Assembly: GCA_028023455.1 (NCBI GenBank)
Contig: JAQFVV010000003.1
Location: forward strand, 12,400,001-12,464,000
Source: Epiperipatus broadwayi
Taxonomy: Eukaryota; Animalia; Onychophora
Direction: 5' to 3'
DNA length: 64,000 bases
Part shown: piece after piece, positions 12,333-25,800 of the stretch
Layout of the letters: each line of letters opens with the position of its first letter
Numbering within the stretch: the stretch's first letter is position 1
The notes under the pieces: generated by a model
The model's database searches: none
Told to the model about the DNA's origin: nothing
The model's input: the letters and a program-made list of their open reading frames with translations, nothing else
Position numbers and translations under genes: made by a program

Positions 12333-13663
12333 GGTTATTGTCGAATAGCCACTATATCCCACTCTATGGTGCAGTTTTCACGCTTAAACTATAAAATATG
12401 ATCATTCCCGGTCCGTTAATTATAATCAAATGCTAAAATAGAAACAAAAAAAAATCGTCTTTTTAAAATAGTATTTAATTTTAAATATTATTTTTTATTA
12501 ACGTATACAAATTAAATGATAATAATAAATGTAAAATAAAATAAACAAATTACAATTTGATTCATCTTTTTTAGTTTGCTTTTTATTAGAAAAATCAATT
12601 TTCTATCGGAGATTTTTTTACTGGGGTTACGGTTTTTTTTTTTGTTGTTGTTTAAAAACTCATAATCGCAATAAAAAGTAAAATTTGTTAGTCTTCCTTT
12701 TACATTTTATTTCTACAGAGAAACAGATATTATTGTGTTATTGCTATTTTTTATTTTTTTAGTCTTTGTTTTAAATTTTATTATTTTTTACAGACAAACA
12801 GATATTACCGCTATGTTTTATTTCAAATAGAATGACAACTAAAAGTAAAAGTTGTTATGGTTAGGTTTAGAGTTAGATTTAGGGTTAGTGTTCTGTTGTT
12901 TGTAATGCTAAAATAAAAAATATCAAAATCGTATTTTTGTAAAGTTTTTTTTTTACTAACATCTATAAAATAAATGATAACAATAAACGTAAACTATATT
13001 CAACAAAGTATAACAGTATTCGGAGAAAAGAAAGAAACTAAAACTTTTTTAAACAACAAATATATATATATATATAATGTTTATAATATATGCTTTTTAT
13101 GACATTTAAAAAAACAGTGTACAATTGTACTTTTCTTACTCGATATTTTTGTGTTAACGATCTTTTTTATTTCAAAAATATACATACGGTACAATCTTGT
13201 TTGTCTCGTGGAATGTTGCAAACAGTACGTTACTTGACGTGTTACCTAATTCCAACTCACTTTATACATATATCTCGTCAACATTTACTACTTAAAACTT
13301 CAATACACTATGGTGTAAAAAGTCTGTTAATTATTACTTTAAAAACTCTGAACATTTCAATACTTTAAAATAAAAAAAAATTCAATGAAAACAACATTTC
13401 CATCCAATTCAAAAAAACACCTTCTCACCAAGCTGTAACCATTTTATAAACTGTGCGAATTCGGAAAATGTATTCGCTGCTATGCGACATACATGCTGTA
13501 CTGCGATGTGACATAGCGGCCTGCTAACCTATAGCACAACAAAAAAATTGTATTATAGAAAATGCGGGTTCGAATGTGTCAGCCGCGGAAACGGCATTTT
13601 TATGTGTTTTAGCGCGAAAACGGCGCCATCCAGTGTGGATATGGTGGTTATTCGACGAATACC
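12333..13663. mobile_element. Non-autonomous TIR element with GG...CC termini (Merlin- or MULE-like)
   Basis: ~65-bp imperfect TIRs: ggttattgtcgaatagccactatatccc... versus the reverse complement of ...ggatatggtggttattcgacgaatacc. Flanks atatattt / atatattc give a 7/8 TSD. Internal direct repeats (~12420-12540 vs ~12905-13010) and a ggttag-like tract near 12860-12890. No ORF. The superfamily is inferred from termini and TSD length only. Confidence 0.6.
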
Positions 13664-15299
13664 ATATATTCTAATTACTTTCACTTACAAATACATATTA
13701 AGCAATGAAAATTTATAAATTATTTTACATAACTTTAAAATATCTATATAAATGTTATAAAATAATTACAAAAAAAAATGGAGAAAACATGGGGCAGAAT
13801 AATTACAGTGAGATGAGATTTACTTTCAAAATTTTGGAAATCATAAATATAGATTAAATATCGGTTAACCACTAGTAATCCATAAGCCATGGTTTCCAAG
13901 TCTTTTCTGCATACAAATGATCATTTAATAATAATAACAATAATAATAATAATAAATTGTAGAATTGTAAAAAGTAATATAATTACAGTACTGTACAGTT
14001 AATTAACAAAAACTCATAATAATTTACTTAAAACTATGCTAACAAAAAGATTAATTTAAAAAATGAAAAATAAATTTATTACTTACAATGCTTATAAAAT
14101 GTACTGCTTTTTCATAAGTTTTTCTTAATGTTTTGAGATCAGATTATCAAATACACTGCTTAGAATAGGCAATCATTTTCACTTGCTTTGTTGTAAATAT
14201 TTACATTTGTTTTTCATTCAAATTGATGTGAAAATAGTATATGCTGTGCAGATAATTTTTTTCTCCCTATTTTGATAAATAAGTTTTTGGCAAACTTTTA
14301 TTTAATAACTTTTTTTTTTCTTTTACCCCCTCTTATTTTATAATAAGCAATACTCAAGAATCAGTCAATTTATTTAACATAGTAAAATTAGAAATATTCC
14401 CTGTGGATACCTTATATATATAAACACTCCAATAAATTATTATTTTGTAATTATTTTTCAAATTACAATTTATAACTTTTGATTAATATTTATGAATTAA
14501 AATTATTACATGGTCTCATATTTATTTTGACAATTTATTAATTGTGTTTTTAATCAATAAGAAATACAATAAAATTACTACTAAAAAGTCAAATCTAAAC
14601 TTACTTATCAAAATTTAGAACTTAAGAATAAATGTAAAAGTAAAAATATTTTTAAAAGTTTAAATTTTTCATTTTATTTATTTGTTTCTATGCCAACAAT
14701 CATATTTGTTTTAGCTTTATTGCTTTCTTCATACAATATTTTAATTTTAGAAAAGTTAATGAAGAAATTATACTGTAAATTAAAATTATATTCAACATAA
14801 TCCTTCTCATTTGCATATTATGTTAAAATAAATAAACTGTTATATGCAATGTAATGTAAGGGTAGCTTACAATCCTGTCTAGACCAGTCCTTATTTATCC
14901 ACAACAGGAAATCAAACCCAATTAAAACATAAACCAGATAATAAATAGCTGGATATGCACTATTAATTGTTTTGTAATGCAAACATACATATATACCCCC
15001 ACACACAACAAGTTTGTTTTATTAAATCTTAAATTAAATAATGTCACAATGGAATAATTTATCTTTTTCAAAGGAAAGTAAAAAAGACCACATAATAAGA
15101 TCTTTCATATATATACCAACAACAACGTATTTGTCAACGTATTAGATGCCACGATTTATGACTTCAACTTAGTAGACATAGCGATGATCTAATGTCAAGT
15201 CAATACCTAGGCAACTGAGTGTTAGAAAATGAGAATAGAATTTTATTATGTAATTTTAATTTTATCTACAATCATTTAGTACATGCAACAATAGACAAC

Positions 15300-16100
15300 T
15301 ACAGCAATGAAAGAAAAAATGGACATGCTCGTATACTAGGCAACGGAAACTAGGCATGGTATAAAAGTGAACCAGTTCATTTCCATCTTTTGTTATTCAT
15401 CGAAGGATAGGATAACCACACACAACTAATATCTCAGGATTGAATCTTAGAATGCAAGGAAAGATGGACAATTTGATCGAAAATCCCATATTAGCCATAT
15501 AATTTTGACATCGCAAAAAGTTGAAAGAAAACGTAATCAACTTTTGAAATAAGGAAAATTGATAATTTCTATCAGTTTAATGAAAAAATTGAACTGATTT
15601 TTGAGTTGACAATTAAAAATAAAAGACTGCGCTATTGTTTGAACGAGAAGAAAATGAAAGAGTACATCATCAGCTTATATAGATAAATGACGAAGTAAAA
15701 TTTTTCTTTTATATAATTTGTTAAATACCAAATAACGAACTGAAAAAAATAAAATTTATTATAAAGTACTAAGTAATGTATTCTGGCTAAATAAAGTTGC
15801 CATAGGACCCAAATGCTATTCTCCCAACCATAGAAGTGTAATGATTTAATTCACTCATCTATAAAATGCTTAAAGAAACATCAAATGTACCATATGAAAT
15901 GTTAAATGGATCCAGGAGGAAAGCAACTGCAGAAAATGGAAACAACATTGTTCCAAGTGCATTGCTGAGGAATTCTAACGATCGAGGAAGGACTTACTGA
16001 AGTATAATGAAAAGGAGGGAGGTAGACTCTATTCATGAGATATTATCACTAGATTCATGGACTTTAACCTGTTGACTGTCGAATGTTCATCTCTCAATGA
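15300..16100 (+). pseudogene. Heavily decayed Tc1/mariner-superfamily transposase
   Basis: Broken frames resemble the family: MDMLVY*..RITTHN*YLRIES..DGQFDRKSH at the N-terminus, IGP.., WIQEESN (for WFQQDGA), LSLDSW (for LTPLDFFLW). TIRs not found. Confidence 0.5.
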
Positions 16101-18240
16101 ACATGGCTTTAACTCATTCTAAAACAGCAGTTTTTATGCTATCGTAGTGAATTTACGCTTATTTTAAAGCTTAAAAAGTACCGTAAGATGATGCCTTCTA
16201 TAGAATTATTTTGTAAGTAAAAATTCAATAATATTTAAATTTAAAGTTTTAACAATGGGAGAAGGCAAACTTTCCTAGAAGCTCATTGGTTGTTGCTCAT
16301 AATGAACAAAAGGGAGCGCCTGTCAACAATTTTCACTGCTCCAACTTCTTTGTTTTGATTTTCAAAACGAAAATGGATGTTTTAGAGTATTTTCTTTACA
16401 TATTATAAATTATTTTGATAAAATATGCTGAAAATAAAATTATTTTAGAAAAATAGTTAAGATTTTAGTAAAAATTATTTACTTTTACATGAATGTAAAT
16501 TGAGAAAGAAATCATTGACGTACACAACATTTTCTAATAGGTTACAAACATCCTTTTTAGGTTCTTTGCTATAAAATATTTTTATAATTATAAATAGAAA
16601 TTTATTTTTGAAAAAACTTTCGTTCACTTTCATAATCTGACAAATTATTAATTTGCTTTTCACAAACAAAACTAATATGAATATAATATTAAAAGACAAA
16701 TATATTTTTACTGCTAGTTTTGTAATTGACTAATCAAAAGTTTCAAGTTTTAACTCACTTAACCAATCAGAATTTTTGACAAAGACTAATGTCTCATTTA
16801 TATATGTTTATAAAATTCTATTCTCATTTCATTTCTACACTTAGAAATTTCAACATGCTTACACTTGGAAGAGTCCATATGTTTAAAAGAAACATAATCG
16901 GGGGAGGGGATTATTAACTTAGATAATTTTTTTTCTGTAAATAAAGTTTAGGCTAGTTCCCTCTGTAGTGATTTGAGATTTGGATCATCACTATGGAATA
17001 TGGAATAAGATAAGAGTTTTGATACTATTCCATATTAATTACATGTACTATTACAGGACAGAGTTTGTGTTGTTTGTTTATTTTAACTAGAAGTTGTTAT
17101 ATTTATTTTATTCTGTGTGAATGACTAATCTTCTAGTGTGGATGTTCTTTTCTGTCAACCATACCAACCATACTTAGGCAGGGGGTCCCAAAGAAGATGG
17201 AACATCAATCATTGGAATTCGACGATGAGGCTATTATATATATGTTCATGTAACAAAAATTAGTTAGCTTCGCGTTTGATGTATCATGATTTTTTTTATT
17301 ATTAATTTAATTTGCTTTGTAAATAGTGAGTGCTGAGTTATGTATCTCTACCATGGGTAATGGATGCTTTTAATCGATGATAAATGGATGCTTTTAATAA
17401 ATGATATGGTAAAAATGCATACTTGACACATATAGCTACATCTTTTATTATGTTAAATGAGTTTTAAATTTTATTTGTTATTAATAAAAGTAATTAATTT
17501 AATTTAAAATTTAACTGGTCTCTAGTTTATCAGAATCATTCATATACTCATCCATCAATTTATTTGACTATATATATAAACATTACAAGCATAAAGCTAA
17601 ACCTTAGGTTGTGTTTTAATATTATTTTTATGCTGGTCTGGTTTAATTTTAGATTTGGGGTAGTTTTGATTGACTATATATATGTACAACACATCTTTTC
17701 CATATATATAATGAAAGGGAAATAGGCTGGATGCATCTTAAGTCAATGGAAACCTGTATAGAGGTGCGATAGTTGCTATGCAAAGTAAATTCACCCCTGA
17801 AGAGAGCTGAAGGCAACATTCTCCCTGAGTTTGAATCCTGAGGCATAATGAAATCTGAAAGAGGGGTGAGGCATGGATGAACTAGCTAAATTGTATCTGA
17901 ATTTAATGTGTAAACTTAGAGCTAGCACATTGGAGGTAGATACAATCATTAGTTAGGTACTTCATTGAGTCATTGCATCCTACCCGAAGACCCTAGATCT
18001 GACCGTAGTGAGATGTGACCCTCTTCAGCCGGACCATTACAGTAAGAATGACTATATTAAAGTACTTGAAAATATAGCCACATAATTATTAAAATTTTAT
18101 CAGATAATTGTTTATTGCATATGTTTTTAAATCATAATTTTATGAGGAATATAATAAAACCAGTATTAAAAAATTAATTTTAAATACATTTAAATGAAAT
18201 GTTAGATTCATCACCTAGGAAAAAATAGAATTGTTTACAC

Positions 18241-18280
18241 TGCCTTGATAAGGACTCGTAAGAGTTGAAAGCGCTTAGAA
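18241..18280 (+). ncRNA. Degenerate minimal hammerhead with U3-A8 core variant
   Basis: tgcc TTGATAA g GACTC gtaa GAGTT GAAA GCGC TT agaa: stem II closed by a GNRA loop, palindromic GCGC stem-III loop. The 3' strand of stem I no longer pairs. Confidence 0.5.
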
Positions 18281-18898
18281 ATATTATTTGTTTTTATTTA
18301 TTTATATTAAACTCTGTATTAACAATTGACACAAATTGTTATTTATATTATTTTTAAATACATTTATTAAAATTTAGATTTTATGAACAACTATAATATA
18401 TATATAATGTATAAACCTTTCCTTTTATTTTTTTAATGCCAATAATTATATTTTCTTAGCTTTGTTACTTTATTTGTTATTGAATTTCCGGTGCCATATA
18501 ATTTTTTATCTACACTAAGCTTAATGCAAAAATTGTATATATTAAATTGAAATTATATTCTTTCTTTGTTTTCTTGATGAATAATCATAATTTCTTAATT
18601 TTATATGAATTATAGAATCCAAATAAATGTTAATCAATCTATATTAAAAGAGCATTGTTGTTTTTTTAAGTTGGTTTGTTTACTTTTTGAAATATTTCAT
18701 CATGAATTTTTGTCATTTTCATTAGTTTGTTCTAATTGAAATTTTATAAACCAGAAAATATTATAATAAAAATGGATATTGCTTGATAAAAACATTGCAA
18801 AAAAAAAATAAACACCCTAATTAAAATATAACAAAGATAAATAGTAGTTATCAATATATATACATGCTAATGTATATTAAAAAGCAAAATATTCTTAC

Positions 18899-19004
18899 GT
18901 CTTCATAGATGTGAACAATAACAGTGACATCTTTAGCTTCTTTGTCAACTGCTTCCAAAAATTCATCTCCATTGTTAATCGATATGACTTTGCCAAATTT
19001 AGGT
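18899..19004 (-). CDS. PDCL: Phosducin-like protein 1, internal exon (start of thioredoxin-like domain)
   Basis: Acceptor ctttctcttccAG, donor GTaag, 106 nt. Encodes (T)PKFGKVISINNGDEFLEAVDKEAKDVTVIVHIYED, matching the PhLP1 pattern PQFKQVFEISSGEGFLDMIDKEQKSIVIMVHIYED. The phase matches the upstream exon. Confidence 0.93.
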
Positions 19005-22000
19005 CTGGAAGAGAAAGTATTTTTTATTTATTTTATTTTAAAAAACAAACTTTTATTTATTATATATAATAATAATAAAAAAAAACTTTATATAATAATA
19101 GGAAATATGATACCAATGTAAGAATAAGAACTGCATACAAAATAATTAGCACAAAAAACAACATATGCACCCATATATATATACATTGCATACATATGTC
19201 CTTCACAATCAATTATGTCATTTATAAATAAATGTGATTTGTGTTTTTAGATTTTTGGTGGAATAAGTTAAATGATATATTTATATTTAGACGTTGCCAT
19301 AATAAATAAATATTCTGATATCATTATTCACTCATACATTTTCTTGATTACCTTAATTATTATTTTTATGTACTGTTCTAAAATTATTGGTTAAAAAAAC
19401 GTGTATTATATAGCAAGTATAGAGCTGTAAAATAATATTTAGTCAATAATCTTAAACATTGATTGTCACATCATATCCAAATTTTGACACAATTTGTCCT
19501 TTTTGGCTGATCTTTCACAACGGATGTTTGACAGCTAGCAATGACACAATTAGATAATTATTAACTTAGACTTGAGAGTGAAGTTTTCTTTTAGTAATAA
19601 TAAAAAAAAAAGTAGGCTTTAATTTTGGTTAAAAAGTGGAGGTCAGAAAAACTTCCAATCAGTTTTATCTGCCTCATATTTTTCGCTTCTCCATTTTTTA
19701 AACTTCTGTTTAGTCAGCTTACTGAAAGTATTGGATTTAAATTCATAAGCAAAATAATTGATTAGCATTTTAAGACATTTGAGGCAATGTTAGTAATAGA
19801 GACAGACAAATTGATATTAGATTTATTGTTTTGTAATGTTAGTACTTTTTCTCTTTCATAATATTAAAAATTAACTCATTTTTAAAAAATAGTAGTAGAG
19901 GAATCTGATACTTCTAAAGATTTTCATTTCCTGTATATATCTCAAAAATGTTGAAAAAGATTCCAATAATTCAACAGCTCTTCAGTGGCAGAAACCAAGT
20001 TGGCAATTACTTTTATTTTTCTGACATATAATTATAATATTTACAACTTATAATTAATATACTCATTTATCTCTTCATAATTTTATTTATCATCATATAA
20101 TTTCATTTACATTGGAAAATGGAACTAATTATTTTATTTAATTAATATTTACAACTATACAAATAAGGGAAAAGTGAAACAATAGATTCAACACCCACAA
20201 AAATATCATAGTTCCACGGCAATTAATGATAGCCACATCATACTGTTTGTAGTCAGTGCATAGATTTTATTTGGCAAGGAACTTTTATATCTAGATAATA
20301 ATAGCTATGCATGTATTAGATAATCATCAAAAAATGGAAAGTTTAATTCATTATGCTGCGTTTACATTATATTATATATGATTTATTTAAATTTATGTAT
20401 ATATACGCATATATAAAAAAGAGAGTATTAGTATTAAAAAAAGATATTGGCGGAAACACTTTATCTATCTATGAAGGGTGGGATTATACTTAGTGTATTC
20501 CATTGTTTGTCATATCTATAATTTGAAGTTTAAATCCAAAGGTACTTTAGAAATTTAAAGATAGCTGAAGATTTTACTTTCAAACTTTGGCTTTTTTTTA
20601 TTGCCAGTTAGCTATTTACTATTGGTCAATAAATGGATATCTGAAAAATTTTAGCTATATGATAATTGTCTCAAGTTAGTGATAATTCTAAGACTAAAAA
20701 ATACTGTAATACAAAGTAGTTTTATTTTTTTGCAATCAAGATAATAAAACTCATTACATTTAGTACAAAATTATATTAATATTGACAATTTACTTTTATT
20801 GTGAAAAATCTTGTTGCCTGCTGAATTCAGGCCAGCAAGGAAATTACAAGGTGTCAGAAAGTCAAATGCCCTTCAGATATAATGATTAACTGAAAATAAT
20901 CAATAAACAATGTCCATCTAATACTATTCTCTTCTAACGCATAAGATAAAATATTGTTTATCAAAGGCCAGCCATGTTTCTGACAAAAACCAAATTTTCT
21001 GTTTTTTATTCTTTCTCGACTTTCTTTTGTATTTTATCTTTCAGTCTTCAATCATTTAGATTACATAAGAAACTAGTTATTGTCTGGTCATTTCCCTATA
21101 CTAATACTGATAATACTATTGGGATTTCGTGATTCACAATTCCATCCTTTAATTACATGTATATTCCAACTCTAATATATTTTCTTTTTTATTTCTTTGT
21201 CTTCTGTAACTTTTAATTACTTCTCTCTCCCTCGTTTTTTAAATCCTGGAGATAAATAAGCTATACTTATTTATGAGTGATTGCTGAAGATAATGATGAA
21301 TGGAATATACTTAAAAAAAAAAAAAATCTTAAACCTGAAAAAATTCCAAGATTCACTCAGTCCAACTTAAGTCTCAGATCAGAGATTTGAGAAGCAGGTG
21401 CATAACAACTATACTAAAGTCTAACTAAATGGATGCATAGGTAATATACATACAGTCATATTATATCCTTATTCCAATTTAGAACTACAATATATTTTTG
21501 AAATTGGCTCATTACATTAATTTTTCTATAACAAAAATTATTTTTTTTATTTCTCTGTGGGCCAAAAGAATTACAAAGATATATGAAATTAAATTTTAAA
21601 AAAAAAAGATAAAATCATTAATGCTGTCAAATAACTAAAATATTATCATGCACTTACAGAGACACATGAAAAACTTTCAACTTACTATTTTGCAACATAT
21701 TAAAATATCAGACTGAAGATGATTTTCTAAGCGCAATTGAAACTTTTCATAAATAAAAAGCAATATAATCAAAAAAATATATATAAAACTATAAAAAAAT
21801 GATTTATTTATCTACATTTTAATATAAACATTATTTATCATTAAAATGACCTGCATGGTTTTGCAAGGCAGATTCAGATTTTAAAAATCTCAATTTGGTT
21901 AATCAGATGGAACTGTTAAGTTCAAGTTATCACTTTGGTACTCATATGTCATTTGACTTCATGAGCAACTAAACATAAGATTATCATTACATATATATCA

Positions 22001-22649
22001 CTAAAATTAAATTTTATGTGTTGAGTAATCCTTTCTGATAAAAAAAAAATTAAGTTATTTTTTAAAGACTAACAAAACAATCTCATGTAAATATTTATTT
22101 AGTAAATAGTTACATTATTAATAAAATTAAAAAAAAACTGTATAAATATAAAAACATTATGTGAAGTGGTTGGTGCATATTTCTGCTATCTATACATTTA
22201 TGAATAGTTGAAACTATCTAAACAATATATTTTTTTCTGGTATATAGCCATAATCAATCTAGATATTCATCCAAATAAAGTTTTGAATGGCATTAATGGA
22301 GAGAGGACGATAGCACATTCATATATAATGTTTTTTCTATTCCTACTTAAAAGAATGATGGATACTCCATTGTCTTACAGTAGATACAAAATTAATTTAA
22401 CTATGATTAACAGCAATACTTTTGATTAGTCCAATCATAATTGTTATCAAGTACAATAAAAATATTCAGATAGAAAATATAAAATTTCATACGATTATCC
22501 AACTTATATCAATAATAAAGCATTGACTATTTGTTATAAAATCTTGAAATCTATTTAGAAAAATTGCCTCCTTAATTTTCTCTTTTATATGGTTTCCTTC
22601 TTCATGGAATATTTATTGTAATATTATTTATAACTGAAATTTGAAATTG

Positions 22650-22880
22650 TGAGATTCTTCATGATCCTAGAAAACTGAAGTAATAATTAAATTAATATTT
22701 ATTTTAATTTTCATATGATTATAAAGTAACTGGTATTCTCTTACTCATATATAGATTAATCAAGATATTGATATAAAAAATGATTTAAAGAATACCAGTT
22801 ACTTTATAATCACATGAAAACTAAAGTAAATACTAGTTCCACTACTGTTTCAGTTTTCTTAGATCATGAAAAAGCTCTCA
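22650..22880. repeat. Fold-back element without recognisable ribozyme
   Basis: Inner arms tatttattttaattttcatatgattataaagtaactggtattct (22696-22739) and agaataccagttactttataatcacatgaaaactaaagtaaata (22789-22832). Outer arms ttcatgatcctagaaaactg / cagttttcttagatcatgaa. Confidence 0.8.
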
Positions 22881-25800
22881 ACACTAATACTATAATAAAT
22901 ATTGATAAATAAATAAAAAGCAAAAAAAAATAAATTAAGAAGGCAATTTTCATCAATAAATTTTGAGATTCTATAATAAATAAAGCATTAATACTAATAT
23001 ACATGAGGCTTCGAATATTATATAACATTTTCTATTTTCTGTAATTGAAAGTTGATAAAAATTTTGATTGAAGTAATCACAAATACTTCTGTTCATTAAT
23101 ATTATTTGATATTATTATTTATAATCATCAATCATAATTAAATTAATTGCATTATAATTTAATGGTATTCATTAATTTACACACACATATATACATATGA
23201 ACTCACAATATATTTATACATCTAATCAAAATAGGCAATTAGTTAAAAGCTTTTTTTTTGGATAAAAAATCCATGAAGTAAGAGAAAAATTGCATGCTCT
23301 CTACTTTTGGAATTCCTAGATATATTAATAAAAGGTTAATAATGATATTAATAATTTTTTTATATAATGCTAAATGTGCTCTTTTTATATGTGCTTATGT
23401 CTTAATATTAGAATTAGATTCAGAAAATTTGGATAAAGGCTTTGATTTCTTGCTGGATAATGTTATGGCTTCAATATCGATAAAAGACTGAATTTATCGT
23501 TTTGAAAATTTTAATAGACATATTAATAAGAATAGTAAAATACAGCTCAAAATTAATGGAAATGATGTTTGTGAATTTGAGTGATCAGCTATTATTAACT
23601 TTTTACTCAAAGAATAGACTGAAAATAAAAAAAAATCTTTAATTAAAAAGCGAAATCACTATAGAGAAAATTGATTGTATCCACACTCAAAAAGAATGGC
23701 ATTTACAGGAGCATTTGAAGATTTAGATTGTTAGAGAAACTATAGATTGGCACACCTCATAATTAAAATAATAGTAGTATTAAAGAATAGAACCTAGACA
23801 AACTTATTTGTAGAAAATTTGATGTTCAACTTTGCAACTGGAACTAAGTTTCAATTCTAAAGTTACTTCATTATATTTTTAACCAGACCATACTAGTAAG
23901 AAATGAAATTCATTATGGATACTGGGTATTAAGAATGACTTGATTAAAATGAAGCATAATATTTTCTGCTTGATAGAATAATAAATGTAGAATTTCATAA
24001 AAATATAATGATTTAAAGCAGAAGTTTGATGATTAACAAAAAGACTTGCAAGCTGAAATTTAGATTTGAAAAATTCTTCTAAATATTTAACTATATATAT
24101 TTAAAATAAGGCTTACTATTGTGCCAGGCATTATCAAATGGTTTTACACAAAGTCTGCTGTAAAGAACATTACAGCAGATACACATATAAATCTGTAGAT
24201 ATTAAGCACAATAAATACATAAATGTGCTACATTAGTAATGGAAGCTGGGTCTGAGCATTAGAATACCCACATACACAAATTTAAAATATTGCACATAAA
24301 TACACATATAAAAAACTGGTGTATTTTTGTATTTTATTTTTATTGTTTTGTATATTTTCAGTATATATCAGTTTATGTATTTTGCTTTTCTCTGAAAAAT
24401 TCAAATAGAGAAAAGCAAACTTTATTAAACAAATGAATCAAATGTTGGAACATGTTAGTAAAATAAATAATTAAAGCAATTGTTCCAACATACTTCTATA
24501 TATAATTTTTAATTACTTTTCTAAAAATTGTAATTTTATTCCATAAGCAAAGAATGTTAATTGCTTTGGCAAAAATCTGACCAAAAGCAAAATGTTTGAT
24601 AATCAATGCTAAAATTAAACTGTTATCTTTTTTTTGTATATAAAATAAAATTGAATTGATTCTGTAATCAAGTGGTCTGGGTATTCAAGATGGAAACCAA
24701 ACAAATCAAACTCTAAAATGTAGAATTTAATCAGAAAAATTGTAAGAAATGTTATAATCTAAATAAGGTAAATTAAAAGGATTGGCTGATTTATACTTCT
24801 CAGGGGGGATACCTGAATTGGTTCTGTATGAGTGGGGTTGATAAGTTTTAGTCAGTGCTGTGGGATTCATTCTTTCTTTGGCATTGCAAATCGTTCACTA
24901 CTTTGGCTCCAGAATTCTTCAATTATCTAGCCACATAGAGATTAATTTATGGACTAGATTAGTGCTGATAGTTTCTAAGAAGAAATCCATTATACAGTTC
25001 TTTTAAAAACTCTTGATTTCTTAAGGATTTAATGAACCATTCAAGATAGCGAATGAACATTTAATAATAATTATTGTATTATAGCAGATAGAAAATATGG
25101 AGACATCTACCAGAGCTTCCAGTAAAATGACTGTGGGGTAGAAACCAGCTGGTCCACCCGCCCTTTCTCTGTCCAAATTGCCAAGATGTGATAACACCAG
25201 TTCCAGCTGGCCACGATGATGATAAAAGCTGCCTTGCCTATGCCCGAATGAGATGAAATCCTCACCGCACAGCTAGTTGAATTGAAGCCACGCTCAAAGC
25301 CCAGTCAGGAGAAGATGAAGATGCATACATAAGTTTCTTTTAAAAATATTTTAATAATGAATTAATTCATTCTGATATGTCTGATAATTAGAAATATGCT
25401 ATTTTTTCTTTCTTATTATTATTAATCATTAAAAAAAAAAAGTAGGAGAGAGAGAGTTGTCTCTCGCATATATATATTGAATTTACAGTTATTGCAGGCA
25501 TCATGATATAGCTTTTACTTAAATCTTTTAATTCATTTTTCTATTTCAAATTCTAGTATTTTCAGCAAAGATTGCAATTAGATTTTTTTTTTGTTGCTAT
25601 TTGTTTTTCTTCTTGTTGTTACTCCTGCAAATCGTAATACATGAATATACATGTGTATATACACGCACATACACTTGTAATATTCGGTAAATACGATACC
25701 TCATGTTGACTATCTAAAAATGTATTTATCCGTATATCTTTTAAGTTATTTTTTGTCACTGCTGCACCTTATGATGAGTGCAAAAGGGTTTTATTCATCG

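Noticed and set aside
14818-15006. Candidate for the missing C-terminal PDCL exon
   Set aside because: The translation lacks the EYPxVKFC / LPALLxYKxG motifs, and there are no good splice sites.
21340-21420. tRNA gene (also 31590-31660, 5350-5440)
   Set aside because: Only degenerate A/B-box-like remnants; no complete cloverleaf. At most old SINE heads.
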